A DNA stretch of 55,399 nt from Deltaproteobacteria bacterium (GTDB lineage Bacteria > CG2-30-53-67), in contig JAADIO010000041.1 of NCBI GenBank assembly GCA_013151235.1, positions 1-55,399 on the forward strand, written 5' to 3'. A program made the position numbers and the translations under genes. Position 1 is the stretch's first letter. Each line of letters begins with the position of its first letter. Below, piece by piece: positions 18,529-26,241 of the stretch. A model generated the notes under the pieces. That model was given only the letters and a program-made list of their open reading frames with translations, did not search any database and was not told the origin of the DNA.

Positions 18529-19202
18529 TGAGCTTCCGCCTGATTCTCTTGAGGAACCCAATCATGGGACCGGTCGTCCGTGCCGGTTGCTCCGATCCGA
18601 CGGATGATCTTCGCCGGATTACCGCCCACAAAACTCATCGAAGGGACATCCTTTGTCACCACGGCACCCGCCCCGACCACCGCACCGTCACCAATGGTCA
18701 CCCCGGCCAGCACCATCGCATTCGATGCAATCCATACCCCTTTGCCGATCGTAATCGGCCGACAACGAACGACACGCCTCCTGTCTGCATCGAGACATTC
18801 CATATCATGATAGGGTGTGAGAAGCCGGACGTTGTGTCCGAAGAAAGAATGCGGTCCGATGGTGATCGTCGCCGAGTCATCACAGAAGGTGTTCTGAAGG
18901 GCAACGTGATCCCCCACGATCATGTTCCCCCACAAGAAGCGGAACCCCCGGGCAATCGTTACCTCCCGGCCGACATGAATATTGCGTCTTCGAAAACGGT
19001 GGGACATTGGATAAGTGAGCAATCTTCGAATCCACCCGGATAGTTTCACCCACACCGGCCTTTTGCCGGTGAACGATCGTAACCGGTGCGGACCGAAGCG
19101 TTGGCCGCAACTCCGGCAGATCCGGTCATCCCTTTCGTATTCTTCCATAGGAACCATTTTCGTACTTCCACATACAGGGCAACGATCCATCGTTTTCCTC
19201 AT
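18525..19202 (-). CDS. Left-handed beta-helix (hexapeptide) O-acyltransferase with an N-terminal zinc-ribbon-like segment
   Basis: ITIGKGVWIASNAMVLAGVTIGDGAVVGAGAVVTKDVP..VGGNPAKII. N-terminal CPVC-x14-CRSC. ATG 19202 overlaps the flippase stop. Confidence 0.85.
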   Translation of the reverse strand: MRKTMDRCPVCGSTKMVPMEEYERDDRICRSCGQRFGPHRLRSFTGKRPVWVKLSGWIRRLLTYPMSHRFRRRNIHVGREVTIARGFRFLWGNMIVGDHVALQNTFCDDSATITIGPHSFFGHNVRLLTPYHDMECLDADRRRVVRCRPITIGKGVWIASNAMVLAGVTIGDGAVVGAGAVVTKDVPSMSFVGGNPAKIIRRIGATGTDDRSHDWVPQENQAEAQ

Positions 19203-20644
19203 ACACCGGGGGTCGAAACTTTCGCCGGCAGTAATTGCTGAAGGATGTTCCAATCTTCCCGGTCAAAGGTTCGGAGAAACAGGAGAACAATGACATAAAC
19301 CGTGATTCCAAAAGGGATGGACAACAACAGGCTGTATTCACGAACACCATAAACGGCCATTCCCATCATACTGCTCCCGAGGATCGCCCGGAGCATGAAG
19401 GAGGAAATCTTCGGCACATAAACGTACTGCCGCACGGCCTTGTACGTGAGCGTCACCAGAATCACCTCCGTCAAAACGGTTGCCACACTGGCTCCTATAA
19501 ACCCGTAAAAGGGGATCAGGATCAGGTTCATGACAACATTGACCGCCGCACAGATCACCATATTATAGGTTGTGCAAAGTTGCCGGTTGGCGGAATTCAG
19601 GAGATTCCCGAACATCGCCGTCACAAAAGACAAGGCCAGGGTCCAGCTCAGGATCTTCAGGGCCGATGCCGATGCCGCATAGTCGGCCCCGTAGAGCATA
19701 CCGATAATCGGTTCCGCCAGCACCGCCAGTCCGGTCGCCATGGGGAACCCGATGAGAACGGAGTACTTCAGGGACCGTTCAAAAACTTTCTTCATTTTGT
19801 TCCTGTCCGTCTCGAAATATCTCGCGGTCATCGGGAAGAGGGCCTGGCTCAGCGCACCGGGGAGAAACATCAGGACTAGAACAATGTTATACGCCGCATT
19901 ATAATAACCGACCACGGCCATACCGATCATCTTGGAGAGCATCACGGAATCGACGCGGGCAAAGATACGTACGAAAACACTCCCCATTCCGAACGAACAG
20001 CCCTCCCGGACAATTCTCCACCATTGATTGAGATGGAAGCGGAAAAAGATGATTGTAAACCGGGCCCTCAGGATATAAAAGGTCAACACGAAGTGAATCA
20101 CATTGGCCGCCAGTACGGAAAAACAGAGGCCCACAACCCCATAACCGCTCATCAGAACAATGAGCCCGAAGGTGAGGACCAGTACACTACGCAGGACAGA
20201 GAGGATGGAACCGTATTCCATTCGTTCAAACCCCTGGAATACGGAAACCATGAGACCGCTGAAGGAATGAATCAGGTAGGCGGCTCCGAGGATGTAAACG
20301 ATCCAACGAACTTCCGATCCATATCCGAGGAGCCGGGTAATGAATACGATGACCCCCAAGGTCAGCACGGTATAGACCAGTTTCAACGCAAAGAAATCGG
20401 TCAAAATGGACGAGAGTCCTTCCCGGTCTCTGGCAACATCACGAATCAACAATTTCGTCAGACCGAGATCCGCCCAGACCACCAGGATTTCCAGCAGCGC
20501 TTTCGCAAAGGCGTATTTTCCAAAATCGACGGCCCCGAGTTTTCGAGCCACGTATATAACGAGGACAAAGGAAAGCAGATTGATCAGAAGGATTTCCGCG
20601 GAGAGAAAGGAGGTATTTTTCGCAACGCGTCTTAAGGTACCCAT
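19199..20644 (-). CDS. wzx: Wzx flippase (MOP superfamily)
   Basis: RRVAKNT, ARKLGAVDFGKY, DLGL, VGYYNAAY, ALFP, many TM helices. ATG 20644 follows the upstream stop. Confidence 0.9.
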   Translation of the reverse strand: MGTLRRVAKNTSFLSAEILLINLLSFVLVIYVARKLGAVDFGKYAFAKALLEILVVWADLGLTKLLIRDVARDREGLSSILTDFFALKLVYTVLTLGVIVFITRLLGYGSEVRWIVYILGAAYLIHSFSGLMVSVFQGFERMEYGSILSVLRSVLVLTFGLIVLMSGYGVVGLCFSVLAANVIHFVLTFYILRARFTIIFFRFHLNQWWRIVREGCSFGMGSVFVRIFARVDSVMLSKMIGMAVVGYYNAAYNIVLVLMFLPGALSQALFPMTARYFETDRNKMKKVFERSLKYSVLIGFPMATGLAVLAEPIIGMLYGADYAASASALKILSWTLALSFVTAMFGNLLNSANRQLCTTYNMVICAAVNVVMNLILIPFYGFIGASVATVLTEVILVTLTYKAVRQYVYVPKISSFMLRAILGSSMMGMAVYGVREYSLLLSIPFGITVYVIVLLFLRTFDREDWNILQQLLPAKVSTPGV

Positions 20645-20645
20645 A

Positions 20646-22355
20646 TCACGACCGGCTCTCCACAATATGGTTTCCCAGCACCAGAACGTCAACGCTGCCG
20701 GCAAGATAGGATCGGATCGCGTCTTCCGGGGAACAGACAATGGGTTCCTCATGCATGTTGAAGCTGGTGTTGATCACAAGAGGCAGTCCGGTGATCCTTT
20801 TGTATTCTGAAATCAACGAATGATATTTCGGGTTGTCCTGCTGCCGGACAACCTGAGGACGGGCCGTACGATCGATATGAGCAACTGCGGGGGCCGTTTC
20901 AACCTTGGAGTCTTTTACATCATAGGTCATGGTCATGAACCTTCCGGCCACATCCGAAGAGGACCATCCCGAATAATATTCTCCGGCATCCTCTTCCAGG
21001 ATGCTCGGGGCAAAAGGCATGAACTCCGTTCGCTTCAGTCTATCATTCAACCAGTCGTTAATCGATTTATCCGTCGGATCCGCAAGAATCGAACGGTTGC
21101 CGAGAGCACGAGGGCCGAATTCCATTCTTCCGGAGAAACGCCCGATAATTTTTTTCTCTTTCAGCAATTCCGCGGTTCTCCTTTCAGGATGTTCCTCATA
21201 TCGATATCGAAGTTGATGTTTTTCAAGCGCCTTGCGGATCTCTTCATCGGTGAACTCCGGGCCGAAATAAACATTCGGCTGGAAGACGGGAAGAGCTCTT
21301 TCCCCTTGACGCAGGGACTCCCGGGCCCAGGCGTTCATCGCAGCACCGAGAGCGAGTCCACTGTCCGACATGGCCGGCTGGACATAGACCCCGTCCACAC
21401 AGTCCAGCTCACGGATTCTCTGGTTCACCTTGACATTGCCGAAAACACCGCCGGAGAGCACGACATTTCGGATCCCGGTCATTTCTACGGCATCCCGAAC
21501 CATATGGGTCACCGTATCTTCCGTCAGTTGTTGAAGCGCCGCGGCGACATCCGCTTTTTGCACTTCATCGAGCAAATCGTCTACAACGGGGATTTCCCAA
21601 TGGTCATAATCTCTTGCCTTGAAAAGGCGGGGAATGTATTCGGAAAAAAAATCATGGCGCCGATCATCATATCGATTGATACGCTTGAACTTTTCATAAC
21701 AGGTCCCGGCATCCCCATAAGCCGCCAGCCCCGTGATTTTTCCTTCATGACGGGACGGCTTAAACCCGAAATGTTTTGTAATAAAGGTATAGAGAATCCC
21801 GGGGGAATAATACCCGTTGAATTCACGAATCTTTTTCAGGCCCCCCTGACGCCCCGCACTCACGGAACCACAGATAGATGAATCACCAATCCCGTCAAGG
21901 GTAATGACGGTCGCATCCTCCCAGGGGCCGGTATAATAGGCGCTCGACGCATGCGCCTCGTGATGATCAACTTCGAAAATCCGTATCCCCTTCAGGAAGT
22001 CCGGCACAACTCTTTTGATCTTTTTTGCGGTCAATAGTGCGTAGAGTATGCGGTTCGGCATGAGGACGCCGGTCTCCCGGTAGGTCTTATAGACATATTG
22101 CAGCATCTTCCGGGATCGGGCAATCGGAGACAAACCGGCCAGCGCAATCACATCGATCTTTTCCACTGCGATCTTCGAGATCCGCAAAACCTCTTTGATG
22201 GAGAGTACCGGGAAAGCACCTTCACACTTTTTCCGCGTCAACCTTTCCTCTGAGACCGCGGCAACCACTTTCCCATCTTTCACCAGGGCCGCACCGCTGT
22301 CATGTGCCTGGGCGGGGCTATCTGCTGAATATCCCCAAATTCCCAACGTGATCAT
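20646..22355 (-). CDS. Carbamoyltransferase (NodU/CmcH family)
   Basis: HDSGAAL, EERLTRKK, HHEAHA, TLDGIGD, EGKITGLAAYG, EFGPRALGNRSILA, FMPFAP, NTSFNMHEEP. Confidence 0.92.
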   Translation of the reverse strand: MITLGIWGYSADSPAQAHDSGAALVKDGKVVAAVSEERLTRKKCEGAFPVLSIKEVLRISKIAVEKIDVIALAGLSPIARSRKMLQYVYKTYRETGVLMPNRILYALLTAKKIKRVVPDFLKGIRIFEVDHHEAHASSAYYTGPWEDATVITLDGIGDSSICGSVSAGRQGGLKKIREFNGYYSPGILYTFITKHFGFKPSRHEGKITGLAAYGDAGTCYEKFKRINRYDDRRHDFFSEYIPRLFKARDYDHWEIPVVDDLLDEVQKADVAAALQQLTEDTVTHMVRDAVEMTGIRNVVLSGGVFGNVKVNQRIRELDCVDGVYVQPAMSDSGLALGAAMNAWARESLRQGERALPVFQPNVYFGPEFTDEEIRKALEKHQLRYRYEEHPERRTAELLKEKKIIGRFSGRMEFGPRALGNRSILADPTDKSINDWLNDRLKRTEFMPFAPSILEEDAGEYYSGWSSSDVAGRFMTMTYDVKDSKVETAPAVAHIDRTARPQVVRQQDNPKYHSLISEYKRITGLPLVINTSFNMHEEPIVCSPEDAIRSYLAGSVDVLVLGNHIVESRS

Positions 22356-23730
22356 TTTGTGTCCCTCCGACGGAATTGTCCCGGTTTTCAGTGGAATTTT
22401 TTTCAATAAAAGATAACTGAATCACCAAGCCCACCAGAAACCAGAACGGCTCCATGATCCGGACAATGATGAACGTATTGGCCCCGATCGCATGAACAAA
22501 CATGGCCGAACATCCGGCCAGCATCCCCAGCGCCAACCCTTTGGAATAGTCGGACCGACTCTTGCGATAGGCCGACAGAACCTCCCGGAAGAGTACGAGA
22601 AAGAGATACAGGAGGGCAGCAAGCCCTACGAGCCCGAGTTCCACCAACGTCCTGAAATACTGACCGTCGATGAAACCGTATCCGGTGATGCCATAGCCGA
22701 AAAGGGGATGATGGACGAAATCTTTCAGACATTGTTTCCAGCTCTTGACACGGGCCGATGTGGATGGATCCAGCGTCACCCCTTCGACCTGAATCGAATA
22801 GCGCCGGTTTCTTTCAAAGGTATAATGAAACCGTTCCTTGGCACTTTTCGGCGCAAGCAGCGGCGTCAATGCAATTGCCAGTACCGTAAAATAGATCAGC
22901 ACAGTCCTCCGGCGGCTGAAAAAGAGGAAGGTCCCCACCATCGGAATCATGGCGATCCAGGAACTTCGGGAAAGGGTATAGATGAAAGGAATGGTAAAGA
23001 GTGCCGCCAGACCGAGATAAACGGCCTTTTTCTTCTGGGTCCGGACGGTCAGAAAAAACCCGCCGCAAAGGGAAATCAGCAGCAGAAGATATCCGCCGAG
23101 GGTGTTCGGTTCTCCGTTCGCTCCCTCGAAGGGGGCGGACACACGAACACCCGAAGGGATCTGCATCATCCCGTATATGGAAATAAGAACACCCGTGACG
23201 AGGATCGCTGTAACGAACCGGCGCATCTGCGCTTCATCCCTGACATAATTGACGACCAGGAAATAGACGACAAAGTATTCGAGGTACTTCAGAACATAGA
23301 AGAACCCGCTCAAGGGGCGCACCCGTCCGAAAAAAACGCCCAAGAGGGTGGAGAAGGCACAGATGGCGGCATAGAGAAAGAGGGCATGGTTGATCGGGGT
23401 CTTCCGGATCAGCCCCATCTCCTTGAAGAGCGCGGTCCGGGCAAACCAGGAGAGCCCGATAATCACGAGGAGAATATCCTCCACCCGAAGCACCACTTCA
23501 TGACCTGAGCTACCGGCGACCTTGATTTCCGGAGAAAGGAGCATGGAGAAAATCAAGAGATAGAGGGCCGCCTCGATCCTGAGAATCGAGATCACAACGA
23601 TGGCAAAACCGACCGCCATCTTGAGAGCCGTCGCCGTTTCAACCCGGGAGAGGGTTTGAGTCGTTACCACGGCCAGCAGGAAAAGAATAACGTAGAAGAG
23701 ATTGACTTTTGTCCGGTTCGACAGGATCAT
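22318..23730 (-). CDS. Wzy polymerase / O-antigen ligase family protein
   Basis: Multi-TM protein with EPNTLGGY, TLSRSSW, HPLFGYG, LVELGLVGL. Located between wzc and wzx. Confidence 0.8.
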   Translation of the reverse strand: MILSNRTKVNLFYVILFLLAVVTTQTLSRVETATALKMAVGFAIVVISILRIEAALYLLIFSMLLSPEIKVAGSSGHEVVLRVEDILLVIIGLSWFARTALFKEMGLIRKTPINHALFLYAAICAFSTLLGVFFGRVRPLSGFFYVLKYLEYFVVYFLVVNYVRDEAQMRRFVTAILVTGVLISIYGMMQIPSGVRVSAPFEGANGEPNTLGGYLLLLISLCGGFFLTVRTQKKKAVYLGLAALFTIPFIYTLSRSSWIAMIPMVGTFLFFSRRRTVLIYFTVLAIALTPLLAPKSAKERFHYTFERNRRYSIQVEGVTLDPSTSARVKSWKQCLKDFVHHPLFGYGITGYGFIDGQYFRTLVELGLVGLAALLYLFLVLFREVLSAYRKSRSDYSKGLALGMLAGCSAMFVHAIGANTFIIVRIMEPFWFLVGLVIQLSFIEKNSTENRDNSVGGTQNDHVGNLGIFSR

Positions 23731-23868
23731 GGCAACAGATACTCTGAGGGTTCAGGGTTCAAAGTTCGGAAGAGAACGGGCAGGAGACTGCGGGATGCGG
23801 CCGGCTTGCGGTAGTCGGAACGGCAGAGCCGCCGCAATACCTCGAATGCAATCATCCGGAATAAACAT

Positions 23869-26199
23869 TCACGACTGCTGCCAGAACATCCCCATCAGAA
23901 TCAAAAGAGCTGAAATCGTCAACAGGAAAAACTGGAACAGGGACACATGACTTTTCATCACCTTTAGCCTGGCACGCTGCAGCGATTTCTCCAAGCTCTC
24001 CAGCCACGCCTTCTTCCGGTCTTTTGCTTTACTTTCTTCTCCGTAGTATTTGGTCTGATACTGGGAGAGTGGATAATAACCGCTGATCTCGGCCGTAATG
24101 TCGTTTAAAACAATCCCTAAAACATTGGCCCGGACATTCTCCAGGTGCGTCTTGGCCCGTTTCAGGGCATTTCTCGGGATCCGGCCTGCCTGATAAACCA
24201 GGACCACTCCATCGACCTGGGGCGCGAGAATCGCGGCATCGGTGACCGGCAGGATCGGCGGACAGTCCATCAGGACGATATCATACTCTTTGCGAGCCTC
24301 TTTCATGAAATCGGTCATTCCCCTGGAACTGAGAAGTTCCGCCGGGTTGGGAGGGATCCCGCCGCAGGTCAGGATATGAAGGTTCTCCAGACCGGGAGTT
24401 CGCATGATATCATCCATATGGATCTTTCCCATCATCAGATCTGAAATATCCTTGACCGCCTCTCTCCAGGGGGTCTTTCCGAGAATCACGTCGGTCATCC
24501 CCGGATCTTTCGTCACACCGAAGATCTTGAAGATGGACGGCTTCCGGAGATCGCAGTTCACCAGCAAAACCTTGTTTCCCTCCTGGGCCTTGGTAATCGC
24601 CAGATTGGCCACGGTGGTACTCTTCCCTTCTTTTAAGGAGGAACTGGTAAAAAGAATCACCTGGCCCTTCTTCTTCAGGTTGGTAAACTGGATATTCGTC
24701 CGAAGGGTCCGGTAACTCTCCGCTACGGAAGACTTGGGTTTCAGCTGGGTGATCAGGTGGGCATGGCTCCCGAAAAGATCCTCCAACCGGGTTTCCTTGT
24801 CTTTGTTCTTGAGCAAGGTCTCTTTGATCTCGTTCACATCAATGTGCGGGATAACCCCGAGAACCGGGATCTGGAGATACCGCTCCACATCCTCAATGGT
24901 CCCGATAGAAGTATCAAGCGTTTCCCGGACCAGCGCCAGAACGAGTCCTATCATCAGCCCGATGATCAGCCCCACGAAGGTCGTGGACCAGAGCTTGTCG
25001 TTAATCCGGACGCCCCGGTCAGCCGAGCGGATCACGGTGACCTCGTCGGAGTGTTCCTTCTCCCGAATCTGTGCCTCCTGGAGCTTGGTCTGCAACAACG
25101 AATAGAGTTCTTCGTTTACCTTCACGTTTCGCTGAAGCCGGCTCAATTCGATCTCGTACTCTGGCAGTGTCTTGTTCCGTTCCTGCACGGCCGCCACCTG
25201 TTCTTTCAGGAGCTTTTCCCGCTGCGAATAGACCTCGTATTGATTGCGCAGTTCCCGAAGCATTTCCCTCTTGACATCCATGATCTTTTCGTCCAGGGCC
25301 TTGACCTGCGGATGTTCCGTCGTGTAATCGATGAGCAGATTGTTCCGGTTCAGAATCAGATCAACGAGTTTGCTGTTCAACTGGGCCAGGATGCTATTGC
25401 CGGTTTCAATATAGGGACGATCGGAAAGCATATCCCCCAGCGTGGCGATGGACAACTTCTCCAGCCGTTTGATCATCCTCTCCGTTTCGTCGGTCTTACG
25501 CTTTACGGTTTCCAGTTGTGTCCCGACCGTCTCCAGCTTATCCAGGGTCATCCGCACCTCACCATCAAGGGAGACCACTTTATTCTTCTCTTTGAAGTCC
25601 CGCAGGTACCCTTCCGCCGTCCTCAGTTTACGACGAGTATCCAATAGCTGATTCTGGATGAATTCACGGGTCCGTCTGGCCTCATCGGTCCGGCGATAGA
25701 CATGATAGGACCGGTATTCTTCAACGAGGGCGTTCGCAATCCGCTTCGATTGTTCGGCATCATCAGAGGAGACAATGACGTTGATAATGTTCGTATCCCC
25801 TTCCTGTTCCGTCCGGATCTGCCTTTGGACCTTACGCAATACGCCAAGGTAACGATCCGAGGCCTGGATCTCCTTCAGGGTCAGATCCTGCGGGATCAGG
25901 CCCAGAACCTTGCAGGCCCGGGCCACCACCGGGGTACTCTTGATTACCTCGGATTCACTGGCGATGTTATCCCAGGAGTTCCAGCTCAAGGTCTCAAGAA
26001 AAAGGCCGGCCACGGTACGGCTCTGCTCAATCTTGACGCTTGAAGTAGCCTCATAGATTGCAGGTTTCGTCACGGCGAAGAAAAAGCTCAACAGGGCAAT
26101 GAGCAGGGTCGTCATCACGATGAGGCGCTTCCGCTTCAGGAGAATAATCCCGTAATCTCTCAGGTCGAGTTCGTACTGCGAAGTATCGATGGATTTCAT
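23869..26199 (-). CDS. wzc: Wzc-type polysaccharide co-polymerase / tyrosine autokinase
   Basis: Wzz-like N-terminus, coiled coil, YTTEHPQV, ESYRTLRTN, Walker A SSSLKEGKST, NCDLRKP, PPNPAELL, DCPP, and Tyr cluster GYY..Y..YY. Confidence 0.93.
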   Translation of the reverse strand: MKSIDTSQYELDLRDYGIILLKRKRLIVMTTLLIALLSFFFAVTKPAIYEATSSVKIEQSRTVAGLFLETLSWNSWDNIASESEVIKSTPVVARACKVLGLIPQDLTLKEIQASDRYLGVLRKVQRQIRTEQEGDTNIINVIVSSDDAEQSKRIANALVEEYRSYHVYRRTDEARRTREFIQNQLLDTRRKLRTAEGYLRDFKEKNKVVSLDGEVRMTLDKLETVGTQLETVKRKTDETERMIKRLEKLSIATLGDMLSDRPYIETGNSILAQLNSKLVDLILNRNNLLIDYTTEHPQVKALDEKIMDVKREMLRELRNQYEVYSQREKLLKEQVAAVQERNKTLPEYEIELSRLQRNVKVNEELYSLLQTKLQEAQIREKEHSDEVTVIRSADRGVRINDKLWSTTFVGLIIGLMIGLVLALVRETLDTSIGTIEDVERYLQIPVLGVIPHIDVNEIKETLLKNKDKETRLEDLFGSHAHLITQLKPKSSVAESYRTLRTNIQFTNLKKKGQVILFTSSSLKEGKSTTVANLAITKAQEGNKVLLVNCDLRKPSIFKIFGVTKDPGMTDVILGKTPWREAVKDISDLMMGKIHMDDIMRTPGLENLHILTCGGIPPNPAELLSSRGMTDFMKEARKEYDIVLMDCPPILPVTDAAILAPQVDGVVLVYQAGRIPRNALKRAKTHLENVRANVLGIVLNDITAEISGYYPLSQYQTKYYGEESKAKDRKKAWLESLEKSLQRARLKVMKSHVSLFQFFLLTISALLILMGMFWQQS

Positions 26200-26241
26200 A
26201 ATACCTTTCCATATATAGAGAGGTTAATCTTCCGGCTCACG

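Noticed and set aside
23731-23868. Small ORFs (about 40 codons) between wzc and wzy
   Set aside because: No RBS or recognisable motif, and the sequence is dominated by heptamer-like repeats.
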